Part shown: positions 26,573 to 39,839 of the stretch, piece by piece
Position numbering within the stretch: position 1 is the stretch's first letter
Layout: the number at the start of each line of letters is the position of its first letter
NCBI GenBank assembly: GCA_013239625.1
Contig: MU057357.1
Coordinates: 4,806,045 to 4,870,044, forward strand
Length of the DNA stretch: 64,000 bases
From: Lama guanicoe
Taxonomy: Eukaryota
Direction of reading: 5' to 3'
Notes under the pieces: generated by a model
The model's database searches: none
What the model was told of the DNA's origin: nothing
What the model saw: only the letters and a program-made list of their open reading frames with translations
Position numbers and translations under genes: made by a program

Positions 26573-28716
26573 AAAGAATATATTAGAGATGGTAGGTGAG
26601 TGGTGACTCACTTTAATTCCTGCCTTTTAGTCAGAGGCCACTTCATAGCAATCTGCAACCTGGGTGGCTTCTGTCTCACTTAGTGGAGTGTATTTGTGGC
26701 AGTTCCGTTGGCCATCTTGAAGAGCCTAGTACCCGTCAGGTCTCAAATAGAAGGAAAAAAAAAACAAAACAAATTGGAGGAAAAAGAACAGCGACAAAGG
26801 AATAGCCAAAGTGTTTATGTTATGAGACTGGACCTGAAAATTTAGGAAGAGGGATGAAATGTACTTTTGGAAGATGGTTGGATTACTAGATGCTATATTT
26901 TGCCAAGACAAAAGGACCATTGGGTTCCAAAAACTAAGGATTAGAAGATGGTTCTTTGGGCACTGCAACTTTAAGTGTCAGTTACAGCAAGAAATTCATT
27001 AGGTTTCGGTTTTTAAAGTTTCTCTTTTGTGAGACTTTCAAGAGTAGAAGGAAACGGGATCAAGATAAAAACTGATCAAGTTATGAAGCATGCAGATGAA
27101 CATTTGAGAAGGGTTTTAAAACTACAATGATTAAACCACCTGTTAAAAAAGAAAGAAAGGAAGTAGTTACCTCGTTGGAAAGAGCAAAAAGAAGGGTTTC
27201 CGTCCAGAAAGAAGATAAAGATACTGCAAACTTTTCTGCCTAGAGACTGGACTTTTCAGGTACAGGATCCAGGAGCCCTAATACCAGTCTCATCTGAAAG
27301 CGGGGACCATCCTTATGAGTTAAGTTGCTTAAAAAAACAGGCATAATCAGGTTTTAGGGGGGTCACGCCTGAGTGAGGCGAGGCATCTCCTTATCTCCAG
27401 ATCTGTGCGTCTCCAAGTCTTGTCTTTCATCGTGACCCTAAGTTAATAATTAGAGGACATTTTCCCCACGACGTACAAGCCCTCCAGTCTTGGCCAACAC
27501 TAGGGTGCTCTCTTTCAGTCTTTCTCCTGGAAACTTAGCCTACAGACCATGGAGAAGAAGGAGTACATTTATCATCACAAGATATGAAAAAAAGAATTGG
27601 GAGCAAACAGCAGAGATACCCTCTATTCGCTTTTAGACTTTTTAGATCCCTTACCATGGACCGTCAGACAAAGAGCTTAATGATCATACTTTTCTGAAAT
27701 AATACTGGGCTGAATTCACATCTTACTTCTGCCACTCAGTAGCTATATGACCTTAAAAACAGAATCTCCTAACATTTCTGGGCTGTTTTTAGTTCTCTTC
27801 TCTGAGAGGGTGAAAACAGATGATGCTAAGCCATTTTCCAAGTGCAGCTGGTTTCTTCCGTTCCAAGCTAAACCTCCTCCAGCGTTAAGATCTCCAGCTC
27901 CAGGTCCCATGTGTTTTGTCTGAGGGTCCTAAGCCCAGGTCTTTGGTCCTTGGTTCTTCCTGGCATAAACTCTTTAGCTGCTGATACTGCATAATGTGTG
28001 CTTTGCACCAAAGTGCAGAACAAATTGAGTTATTGGATACACTTTTCTCACTTGGACACTTTTCTCATGGAAGGCACTTAAACAGCTTTGATGTTTATTA
28101 TTGCTTGCAGATAATGGGATGTAGTATAACATGGTATGTGATTGAGCACAAAATTAGGCAAATGTCACGGTGTTGCACAAAGAGCACAGAGACTTCCAGA
28201 ACAAGCTTGGGAATGCCCCTTGGAGTTAATTGATATTGAGTAAGGATATTTTCATTCTCAGGTCATTTTGACCTTGACAGAGACCTAGAGCCTACAGGTT
28301 GCTATTTTAATGCTCTTGGCTTAAAGTTAGAATTAAATGCAAACTGTTGGTCTTTGTCTAATAGAAAACATTACTGGTAAAATTTGACACTCATGTCTAC
28401 AATTCCATGTGGTCATATTTGTTATTGGCTAAAAATTGGGGAAAGCATGAAATCTTGGTTATTCTTTCCATAAAAATCTGACCTTTTTCTCAGAAAATTG
28501 AGTTTAATTGAAATAATGGACGTAAGAGTCACCAAGACAAGCTGTTATTCGGTCACAAAACTGATTGCTAAAACAAGTCTCTGTTAACATATTTATGTAA
28601 AAAAGAAGTAATGCCAATCAAAATAACGTAGGTAAAAATGAAAATGTAAAGTAGATTGGATTAATTCTGCTATGTAGAAAGTTAAGTCATTAGATTGATT
28701 AAAATGGGGATATACT

Positions 28717-28843
28717 TTTTTTTTTTTGGTGGGGGGAGGTAATTAGATTTACTTATTTACTCTTAGAGGAGGTGCTGGGGATTGAACCCAGGATCTCCTG
28801 CATGCTCAGCACGCACTCTACCACTTGAGCTATCCCCTCCCCC
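28717..28843 (-). mobile_element. tRNA-derived SINE (Vic-1-like)
   Basis: Poly-T, then ggggattgaacccagg..ctctaccacttgagctatcccctcccc. Confidence 0.9.
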
Positions 28844-29821
28844 TAGATTGACTCAACTTTGTTTTTATAAGGAAAGGATTTTTTCGGTTGAAAATTCAGG
28901 AGTGATGATATAAGTTTGATTTAAATGTTTGTATTCAAGCAACAGAGCCTCATGGGGAAAATCAGGTCAAAATGTTAAGATCAACTATATCCTGTGATTT
29001 CTAAGGAAAGGGAGTTCAAGAAAATATAACATAACAAATAGTAGTGTTGCTACACAGATAGTTATAATAAGGTGGTATAGAACACCCTGTTAAGGCCCAC
29101 CCTATGATTATTCAGTAGTTTGATGATGAAGATGACTACAATTCTCTTAATAATTACTTCCCATAAATAGATTATTTACTGTGTATGAATATGGTGAGGA
29201 ATGCCAGTACCTGCCTGGAACTCTAGTCATGCTTGACAACCATCCAGTGTAAAACACCTGGCCTGAGAAATGCATGAACTCATAAATAAGTTAATAAGAA
29301 GTGCTTAGAATTTGTTGAAAAGATCCTTTAGGAGCCCCGGCCAGGGAAGACGAGAAGCGCATTCCGCCATCCAAACAGTGATCAAAGTGGCCATTCTTCC
29401 TGCCGGTCTTGGCACACGTGCTGGTCAGGCCTGGGTTGATTAAAGAGGGGATTAACTCCCTGCTGTCCCAAGTTTGTCTGAATGCACCGAGCCTGCCTGC
29501 AGACCTGTCTGGAAACATGCCGGACTTGAACTCTTGCTGTTTTCCCTGCTTCCATCAAGCCTGGCGGGTTGCAGGCTCCCAGTCTTCCTTCCTCATCCTT
29601 CACTAGGGTTGCCATAGTTGCTGAACTCAAGTCTGTAACATTCAGGGCTGGCAGGGACTGGACCCTTCCTGCGAAGCCTTGAATGGGTTTCAGCCACAAG
29701 GGCTCCCCCAGTCTTTACCCCAGGATAGGATGTTCAAAAACCTGCTCTGATCCTTAATGCACTAAGAGGTCCACATAAAACCCATGTGGGAAATGACGTT
29801 AAGAACAAATAGGGTGACTGA

Positions 29822-30178
<357 letters not shown>

Positions 30179-30447
30179 TAAGTACTCAGCGATGTAACAC
30201 GAAAGGGTAAATCTAGATTTAATAGTATTTCCCTTTTTTTTTTTTTCGCTTTGAGCTGCATAATCATCCTACTCATAAAAAAAAAAAGAAAACTGGAATG
30301 CCTTTCATTTTGATTGACTGAGTGTAACTTTTCCCAGCCTCTATAAAGCACCTACATTGTTGCATTCAATTGCTTAATTAAACATTTTTAATACACCTGC
30401 CTTGTTGTGCTGTGAATTGTGGCTGATTCAAATGTGTGTCTGCATGA

Positions 30448-30630
<183 letters not shown>

Positions 30631-30640
30631 GCCAGTATTG

Positions 30641-30646
30641 AATAAA
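30641..30646 (+). promoter_or_regulatory. Candidate proximal poly(A) signal AATAAA
   Basis: Canonical hexamer 10 nt after the stop codon; U-rich tract at 30704-30720. Confidence 0.5.
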
Positions 30647-30680
30647 CTCAAAACTCTTGAAATTAGTTTACCTCATCCAT

Positions 30681-30706
30681 GCACTTTAATTGAAGAACTG
30701 CACTTT
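30681..30706 (+). promoter_or_regulatory. Two miR-17/20/93/106 family seed sites
   Basis: GCACTTTA (8mer, 30681-30688) and GCACTTT (7mer-m8, 30700-30706), complementary to seed AAAGUGC. Confidence 0.7.
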
Positions 30707-32001
30707 TTTTACTTCGTCTTCGCCCTCTGAAATTAAAGGAAAAAAAATTTATCTGCAGTGTTGCTTGGTGTACAGGTTGCTGAAACTGCGCAGGGCTTAC
30801 AGAAATGACAACCGTTGCTTGAATTAGACCTGGAACGAATTGTTTCTTGGACGTACTTCCGGCCATCATCAGTTTGTAAGATACATGTACCTATAGACAT
30901 AGAACATCACCTTCGAGTTTTGATTCCGTATTTGCTGCCAGACACTGAGCTTCCCCGAGACATCCTTGATCCTCTCTCCACTTGGAATTACAACCATAGT
31001 GTTTTGTTCGTGGCATAAACTACAGTCATCCTTCTTTCACTGGAATGCAGATCGTGCCCAGGAACATTTTTGAAGGACTCAGTTGTAGCTTTTAAGGCTT
31101 GTTTCGTACTGTGGATAAAACCTAGGTGAACGCCACGTGACCCATCAGTGTTGCCCCTCGGTGCTCGGGCCAGCTGGTGGGTGGCGATGATATGCGGGGC
31201 TGGAGAGAAAAGGAAAGTGGATTTAAAAGTAATAATAATTAATAGTAATAATAAATACCCAAGCACCATACCCCCTACCTGGACAAACGAGGTCTGTTTC
31301 TTTGGGCCCAAGGCTGTGCCATTGGGAACTCTACAAACTCATCATAACTACCTTATGGATAGTGGACTGTGACAATCTTCTGTAGAGAGCTTTCATACTT
31401 CCCTCCTCGGAAGAAGCAAATCCAAACCTACAAGGTAAGGTGAAAGAACCAGCCACGAATCTGTCTCCAATGAAAATTTTTTTTTAAACTTTATGTTATT
31501 TGAAACACTAAGCAGTAAACATCTTTCATGCCTATCAGGGAGTTTGGGGTTCATTCAGGATGTCAGTCCTCTTGACGTTGGGAGGGGAGACCCACACCAC
31601 TATGGCTTCTCTGCTCTTCTTCCAGGAAATCATGAAACAGGAACTGCATGAGGTCAGGGTGGGAAGGATGGCATCTCGGACCTCCAGTGGCCGTGCTTTC
31701 TTTCACGCAAAGTTCCTCTTGCTCTTTGGTGCCCTTCATTCATAGAGCATCTTCTGGGTACCAGGTAGTAACCTCTAACCGTGTTGGGTCATGCACATGC
31801 CCCAGTCTTTGGAGACTTTGCTGCAGCTCTGAAGTACTGGAGGGTCTTTTCCATTAGTCTCATTTTCTGTCCTGTTCCAGTTGCCTCTGTACCAAACGGG
31901 GTCAGCCAACAAGGATTTACCTAGATGTCAGTGGTGAGACTTGGAAGTCACCTTTGATGAACTTATTATCAGAAAGTGAACTACTGAAAAACAGATTGTG
32001 T

Positions 32002-32172
32002 GGGGAAAGGTATAGCTCACTGGTAGAGTGCATGCTTAGCATTCATGAGGGCGTGGGTTCAATCCCCAGTACCTCCATCAGAAATGAATGAATGAAGGAA
32101 TGAATGAATGAATAAATAGATAAAATACTGGATTACGTCCCCTGCTCAGAAAAATTAAAATAAAATAAAAAA
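32002..32172 (+). mobile_element. tRNA-derived SINE (Vic-1-like) in the 3'UTR intron
   Basis: A/B boxes, (GAAT)n, A tail; degenerate TSD aaaaacagatt / aaaaacaggtt. Confidence 0.9.
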
Positions 32173-35100
32173 CAGGTTTTTCATCCATCAAGCCCAGTAG
32201 CCTTAGATACTAATATTTTAATCCCAGAATTGTCTTCTTTTAAACATGTGAATTGAATGACTTTGTTCATTCCTAGAACTAGCAAATAGCCTAACTTTTT
32301 TGACTGGACAAATTTTAACTTTTTTAACACTTCCATTTTTATCACTTTTAAACAAGACCTTGGCTGAGTTTAATGACCTTCCCCCACCCCCGCTTGGTTT
32401 TATCCTGAAAGCTATTTCTTACAGAGCAAAGAATGTTAAATTTGATGCTGTCAAATCATGACAGTTTAGTAAAAACCTTTTTGCAACATTAGTTGTAAAA
32501 GCTTTTCTGTTCAGAAGGAATGTGGAATTTGTTTTTTTTTTAAACTACTCCAACAATTTTTGTTTTATCACCACTTTTGCTAAAATCTAGGAGTTCTGGA
32601 TAGTCAGGTTAAAAGTTGACCAACGTAGGAGGTTTTTGTTTGCTTTTTAAACAAATTTGTGTGTATTTTTTCCTTCTCTAAAGCTATGGGGGATTTTGTT
32701 TTCAATCCCCACAGTCCAATTCAAACAAGGTTGCATTACAGTGTTATCTTGTGGGTAAAAGTAATATTACCCTGCATATATCAAATAATTAAAAGTTTTG
32801 CTTTCTCAGAATCATCAACTTAGGACTTGAGGCATTTCTCTAATCATTGAACATAGTCATTGAGGAACATTTCTAAAAAAAAGGCGTGTCAATTCTAAAA
32901 TACCCTAACAGGTTAATGCTGTGTACTATGCTGACAAGGATTTGGTACATCTCAGCAGGAACCTTTATAAAATAATCAGGTGGGGACTGAAAGAAAGGTG
33001 AAATAAGAAACTCATTCAAAGGTTGCCTTCTGAACCTTAATTTTAACCCATTGGATGACTTAGAGTGTAGACCAGTGGAAGGACCCCAAAAAGGCTTTCT
33101 AAGCTTCTAAAATAACATCCAGTAGCAGTAAAAGCGGAACCCCGCTGCTTTCAGGAAGTTACGTACATAGAAGAGAAAGGTGCCAACCATAGGAATGTTG
33201 CATTGTTTCCCCGGGCATCCAGGCAGCTGCGGATTCTAAAGCCAAAGCCAACCGGGATGTCAACACTAGGAGGTTCACTCTGTGTTCCTTTATAACTCAG
33301 TTCCTCCACCTGTAAATTAGAGATAATGACTTTTTAATCATAACACCTTTCCTAACACATGGCTGTTGTTAAGTGTAAATGAACTACTCCGATGTAGAAC
33401 ATACTGAACTTCACAGAAGAAAGGTGGACTCTTCCTCCAAGCTTTCCCAAGTGTTATTTATCCATCTTCCACTTGTGAACCCGAATGTTTTATGGCCGCA
33501 GGCTAGAGTGGAGTGAAATGAAGTTCTGTGGTGGGGAAGCAGACAGAGGAGGTTTCTCCACTTACAGTGGATATATGAGGGTTTGGGGGGTAAATGTGTT
33601 TCTGTTCAAAAGGTGGTAGACCTATCAAATCACCCCTGTCTCATTTAGCCTTGAAGTTCATGAAAGTGTTGTTTTATAATCGGAAAGAGTGAAATGTACA
33701 AGACCCGCGTTGCAATGAAAAGACCTGACGGTAAAGACACTTTGATGTCTTCATGACAGACTCCAGGGAACAATGCTTTGTTTATTTAGTGACCGTCACC
33801 AGGAAAGTCACATCTTTCACTCCTGATCCCACAGAGACCACGTGCTTTGTCTGGTCTCTGTTCAAGCAGTCCCCACGATAAAGGGGTTGCTTGAATTAAA
33901 AGAAGAAAAGGTTTGTTCTTCTCCCTCTTCTGGCATCAACTCGCTCTAAGCCTCCACATTCCCACCCTTCTCACTTCCAGTACCCCGTCCTTTCCACATA
34001 CACGCTGAGTCTCTAACTAGCCCACTTGATAAAACAAATATATTTATATCCAGGCATTTAGTGAAGGAGATTGGCGGATGGAAAGGGGGCCAGTGTGTTT
34101 TTGAGGTTACCCTTTCTCCTCTAAGGATGGAATTTCTGGTAGCAAAGGAAAGTCACCTTCAAAAAGTGTGCATATCCATGTGGCATTTGGTTGTACTCCA
34201 TCAGAGTCTTTAAGGTCATTTCCATGTTCTCCTTGTCCTTCATATGAATCTGTGTCTGCCTGATGGAATCCCTGCACATTCAGGTTCCAAAATCCTATGT
34301 TTGATAGACTTACTAATTTCCAGAGAAGAAACAGTTGGAAAAACAGCTCCTATCCTTTTTTTTTTTTCATAATTGTCAAAAATGAATGATGTTGACAAGT
34401 GACTTCTTGAAGGCCTTGGTAGTTACATCCTTACCCACATTTATAATTTTAAGTTGCTTATGAAAAGGATTGCATAAGTTCTATCTGAATTTTTTTTAAA
34501 AAACTTCATTACTCTCCAAATAGACTAAATTTTTTTCTACAAGTGTAAATGATGGTCATTTACCTCCAAGAAACTAAATTTTATGTACCTCCCTCACACA
34601 AGAAACACACATGAATAGAAAACAAGCAAATAAATAATTGATTGGATAAAATAAGGAAAGTCACCTACATGGATGAGTTTTAGTCTTAATCTTTGCTCTA
34701 CACTTGAGGCCACCAACTGCTCAACACAGCCACTATGGTGGGAGATATAGTCCAAGAAGCAATCTTGATGAGAAGTTATCAAAAGGAAAGAAGAGGAATT
34801 TGGTCTTTTGGGTTGAGCTGATGATTTGGTGAATGAGAGGACGGTGGGAAGCCACAATGGTTCCACTGCATCGGGCCAGCCTTGTTCGACTCTAGGCTGA
34901 TGGGGTGGCTCTGGCTGATTAATTCTCGATAGGCTTCGGTCCCCAAGACTTCCTCACTGGCACACCAGACCTCTCCCTGTGCCCATGGCCCCAGGTTCCC
35001 TCTCTCTACCTGTTACCTGCAGATTGTATGGGTCCTTTACTAATTAGATACTCTCCTTCATTAGAAGTTACTTCTTTTTACCAAAAACATCCAGCGCTTT

Positions 35101-35329
35101 TTTATTTCGTAGTTAGCATTTTTTCTATTGTATTGTTGAGTATTGATGGATTGTGATGTTTCCGGATTTGTTCGCCAAATACACAATTTCCCTCGTTGGA
35201 AAGACTGGATGCTAGTATCCGACGCTTTGAGAGTAGTGAAGTTTGCATCCTTTCACCAGCTCTACGTGTTTCTTGCGCAAATGAACCATAACCAGTCCGA
35301 ATTTTCATTTTAGAGTTGGCTGACGTAGG

Positions 35330-35510
35330 GCGTAAGGCGTGGCTGTGTGGGGTCTAATCCCAGCTCTGGTACTTGAGAATGTCCGACCACGAGCAGGTTA
35401 TTTAGCCTCTCTGTGCTCCGAGGTCACCATCCACACTATAGGGCTATGAATAGTCCCTTATTGTTGTAATAATTAAGAGTTGTTATAATGAAGCTGTTAA
35501 TAAACACTAT
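35330..35510. mobile_element. MIR SINE remnant
   Basis: ctaatcccagctctg..gagcaggttatttagcctctctgtgctc. Confidence 0.6.
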
Positions 35511-36244
35511 CTTCTGTTATTTATGGTTATCATTTTTCAGCAGAGAAAAGTAAGAATTTATGATCTTCCGCCGTGAACTCACTGAGCCATGCCGCCTTCT
35601 AGGTGCTTCTATCGGTTGACAGCTGGCTGGCCAGATGGGTGGCTGTTTTGTCTCAAGTCTTGTTCCTTTCTCTGCAGGGAGTAGATTCTGCTGTCTTGGC
35701 CTCACAGCCCTTCCCGTTGATTCCAAAGCCCACAGAAGAAAACAGAACGCGCCCACCTCGCTTCCTCTTCCATGTGTTTCTTCTGCTTCTACTCTGCCAG
35801 GTCTGGAGCAAAGACACCGATGAAACAACAGCCATCCCTGCGAAGAATGAGCGTCTGACTTGCATATGCCCTCGCCCAGTGGAAGAAACAGCAAACATCC
35901 AAGCTTCAGCGTCCGTTCTCCGGTTTCACTGAGGAATGTCCTGTCTCGCAGCACCAGCTCTGCAGAGCCCTTCTTCCCAAACTCCTTTGGTTTTATTTAT
36001 ATGTATTTCCACATCTCCTTCCTGTACGTCACGGCTGCATTGGTGTGGCAGCAAGTGACCGAAGGCTACAGGTCTTACTACGGACACCAGGTCGGGTGCC
36101 ACTCGGCAAAACAAAGCCAGTTCCTATGAGCTGCCTATGATATGCATTGCTGAAGTAACGTTTTACCCAGGGTGTGCCATCGCAGTGATATAAATATATT
36201 TTTTTTCCTAGACTAACTATGAGCTGACTATCTCTTTTGATGTG

Positions 36245-36252
36245 TGTACATA
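36245..36252 (+). promoter_or_regulatory. Pumilio response element
   Basis: TGTACATA matches UGUAHAUA, in the distal 3'UTR. Confidence 0.4.
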
Positions 36253-37228
36253 GGCGTGAGTGTGCGTGTACGCGCGTGTACGTGTGAGTGAGTGTGTAAC
36301 CTCATGCTTAGAACTGCCTGTGAATGTTGTGGAATGCGACACCTGGAAAGTTCTGGTTTGCCGCCAGTTCTGAGATGAAGAGCTACGTGAGAGAGTGGGC
36401 CTGGAGACCGTGCCCCGTCCCCTTAGAAAGACAACCCGGACATGTTCAATGTCCTGTATCTCTAAACGTATTTTGCAGCATCCACACTAACCTTAATAAG
36501 TCATTCTGCAGCTTTGGACAGAGGCATTTCCACCTTAGCGGTGGAGGTGGAGTGATCGTAAAAATCCATTCAGGTGACAGCCCATCATCAAAATCACGAA
36601 TTCTGATGGAACTCCTCATCTGAATCACCAATTCCCTGGTGGAGGGAGAAAAGGGGATGGAATTTGTCTGGGAACCCCAAATGGAATACAAGTAGCCTTT
36701 GTTTTCCTGCATAAATGGACTTGTTGAATGCGAACATATATATGCAATTCATTTACTTTTGGAGATGAACGCAGATGTGTGTGTCAGCTTTGAGATGATG
36801 TGTCCTGGATTAATACTTTGTCTCCCAATGTCACAGAAAAATACATGCCAGGGACTCTTGAGGTTAGCATAGTTGGGATCAAACGGTCTCAAGCAATTTC
36901 AGGTCCCCAATCACATGGAAAGTTCTAGAGTTATGAATATGCAGCTAACTTCTATGGCCCTCAAAAGTGCATCAGCCTTCTGGAGCCTGAGGTCCGGTGA
37001 AGAGTCAGTTTTGATATGATAGGTATACCAAACTCCAGCCAACATACTGCCATTTTTCATAATCTGAGTGGCTGCCTTGCTTATGCTAAGCTGTGGTTAC
37101 AGAAACTGTGGCCATTTCTATAAGCTATAACATCAAATCAGGGAAAAAAATGGGGGAAAAAAAAGATTCCAAACCCTATGTTGTTGAATAAGTAGAGAAA
37201 ATCATCAGTAAATATTTATTACATTCTG

Positions 37229-37235
37229 ACAGGGT
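37229..37235 (+). promoter_or_regulatory. miR-10 family 7mer-m8 seed site
   Basis: ACAGGGT, complementary to seed ACCCUGU, in the distal 3'UTR. Confidence 0.5.
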
Positions 37236-38054
37236 TGTGTGGCATTGTACTCTCATAAGTATGCCAGAGTGACAAAGTTAATTCACCCCTTTTGGGGGAC
37301 TTTAATATATTTTTAAAGGGATGTGCCTATGCATTGATGCCTGAAGAATATGTATAAAGAAATGAGCTTGAATCTCTGAGCAGGTTATCTTTCCCCGGAG
37401 CTCAGGGCAGGAGACCACCTTCAGGGGCTGGATCTCGCACGCCCCAGGAATGAACGCTGCCCTAGTGGGCTCAGATGTGAAATCGTGCTCAGATGGGAAG
37501 TCATTAGGCAGCATTAAGCTGTTCCCCTGCACCAAATCAAGTAGCTTCACCATGTGTCCGCTGGCCCCAAATTATTTTTAGCAATCTTAAGAATGAAATG
37601 TTCTGGTGTGTTTTAAAAAGTTATTTTAAAGAAAAGGTTGTGCTCGCTACACTGCTGGTGTGTGTGTTTTTGAGACCTCTTGTATTCAATCTGTGAAGGG
37701 TATGTGTATTAATCCATACACGCTTATAGCCTCAATATTTGTCTGAAGAGACTTAAATTCTGACCAGTAAAGGAAAGTTCTAGAAGCAATATTTTCACTT
37801 CTTTAACATTCTCCAAACAACATCAAGCATTGATACACACTGAAGAGTGCATTTATTTTTTTGTATCACTCCAAGTATGTTGGAATATGCAAGGACTGTG
37901 GTTAAATTTAGAATGTATAAGGCATATTATAATTTAGTTCATGCTGAAAAAGAAATTAACAGAACATTGCTTGGTTCATACCTGTTCCAAAATTTGAGCG
38001 ATCTCTTGAGTTAGACATAGAGACTTTCTATTTTGGTTTAATCTGTCAAGGTAT

Positions 38055-38210
38055 NNNNNNNNNNNNNNNNNNNNNNNNNNNNNNNNNNNNNNNNNNNNNN
38101 NNNNNNNNNNNNNNNNNNNNNNNNNNNNNNNNNNNNNNNNNNNNNNNNNNNNNNNNNNNNNNNNNNNNNNNNNNNNNNNNNNNNNNNNNNNNNNNNNNNN
38201 NNNNNNNNNN
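38055..38210. other. Assembly gap (probably hides the distal poly(A) site)
   Basis: Run of 156 N. Confidence 0.99.
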
Positions 38211-39241
38211 GTTGTCTCTTTTCAACAATGTTTTGCCATATGCACGGTGTTTCTAAAGTAATTAATTGCTGGTTGTCACTTGGTTAAGATGCAAAATCTT
38301 AAATTGTAATTCAACGAAGTTGTTTAGAGGATAAAAAGGCTTGACTTCTAAACGGTCCTCACCCTTGAGAGCAATGCATTAGCAATCTGACTTGGATTCC
38401 GTGAGATCTTGTATCCCATTGTAACTAAGACTGAACTTTGGTTGGAATTCAGGCTCCACTCCTTACTGATCACACGATTTAGGGCAACTTACTTAACTCC
38501 CATGTGCCAATTTCTTTGTAGAAAGGCGATTACAATACTAAGAGCTTTTATGAAAACTAAATATATTAAAACATAAGCAGTGTCTAGCATTCAGCCAGAA
38601 ATCAACAAATGGTAGCTATTCTGAGGAGACTCTTGGTGATAGAAGCTATCTTCTCCATCGTTCCCAGTTCTACGCCCTGTCTAACGTCTTTGCTGCTGAT
38701 CTAAGTGACCAGCTATGTGTCCTTACCATGGGCTTTGCATCCGGGGTCCATGGATCCTTCAGGATGCACCACTGGAGCTCCGGGGGGTCCAAAATTTCCC
38801 TAAAACACAGAGCAGATGTTAATGATTGTGTGTGTGTTTTGACATTTCACACATGTCATCAAATTGGAGTGGGATATGCAAATATTAAAGACCACAGTTT
38901 TAAGGACGAATGCTCTCCTCATGATATTATTTCTTTCAGTAAACTACCATGGATTAAGCCCCTGTTAACTGAAAATCAGGCTCAAGTCTTATCATAATAA
39001 ATTAACTGAAGCCCTAAGGTACAGCTGGCTTCAGAGAGCGCACGCCAGTGACATTTTAAAATGTGGGCCTGGAAATGAAAAGAATCTGGGTTATGTCTGG
39101 TTCTTTTGTGTTTACCTCTTACTTAAAGACCTTGCAAGAATCAGCTTTCTTGATATGCAGAGTCGTTGACAATGTATTTGTGATTGGAAAGAAACTAGGC
39201 AATATTTTCTCTCCCACTTGTTCAGCAAGACAGAAAGCAAC

Positions 39242-39706
39242 TGTACTGCTCAGGGTTCTCCAGAGAAATAAAGAACTAATAGAAGATACACCTCTATCTC
39301 TCTACAGAGAGGTAAAGACATAGGTGCACAGAGAGACTTTTTATGAGGAATTGGTTCACAAAATTATGGAGGATGAAAATTCCCATGGTCTGCAAGCAGG
39401 AGACTCAGGACCACCAGTGGTGTAATTCAGTCCCAAGTCCAAAGATCTCTGAGAACCAGGGGAGCCAACGGTGTAAATCCCAGAGATAAAGTGTCTCCGC
39501 TGTGAGGCAGGGAAACAGACAGGGGTCCCTCCATCCATGTCCTAGCATACTGGATGCGCTCAGCCACATTGCAGAGGGCAGTCTACTGAGTCCACGGATT
39601 CAGATGCTCATCTCATCTGAAAACACCCTCACAGACACACCCAGAAATCCGGGTTCACCTGGGCCCCACCAGCTAGTCAGACTGACACATAAAAATAACC
39701 ATCACA
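39242..39706 (-). mobile_element. MLT2-like (ERVL) solo LTR
   Basis: tg..cagggttctccagagaaa..gaggaattggttcac..aaacaccctcacagacacacccagaaat..tgacacataaaaataaccatcaca. Confidence 0.85.
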
Positions 39707-39839
39707 TCACTGGTATCTCCCCTTACGTTTTCTAGAATGAGCTGGTGGCGTGGTGTCGAAATTGTCAGATGTAATCTTAATAATTCTGAGACTGATTTCG
39801 GGGTACTGCCGTATGGGATTTTACATGATTGGGGGAATT

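Larger units (their letters stand above)
30631..31434 (+). other. EPHA4: EPHA4 3'UTR part of exon 17
   Basis: Repeat-free sequence after TGA, ending at a strong donor CAAG|gtaagg; resembles the human 3'UTR as I recall it. Confidence 0.8.
35678..38054 (+). other. EPHA4: EPHA4 non-coding terminal exon (exon 18, distal 3'UTR); true 3' end probably in the gap 38055-38210
   Basis: Strong acceptor tcttgttcctttctctgcag|GGAGTAGATTCTG; 2.4 kb without recognisable interspersed repeats, AU/UG-rich; GU-rich sequence right after the gap; MIR resumes at ~38410. Confidence 0.75.

Noticed and set aside
26573-26600. Donor-like GTAG|GTGAGT right after the gap as the end of exon 15
   Set aside because: The preceding translation is not EphA4 sequence and the exon would be too long; the true donor most likely lies in the gap.
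35517-36129. Cluster of 60-145 aa ORFs around the start of the terminal exon
   Set aside because: They straddle the intron/3'UTR boundary, show no protein similarity I recognise, and are expected in GC-balanced sequence.
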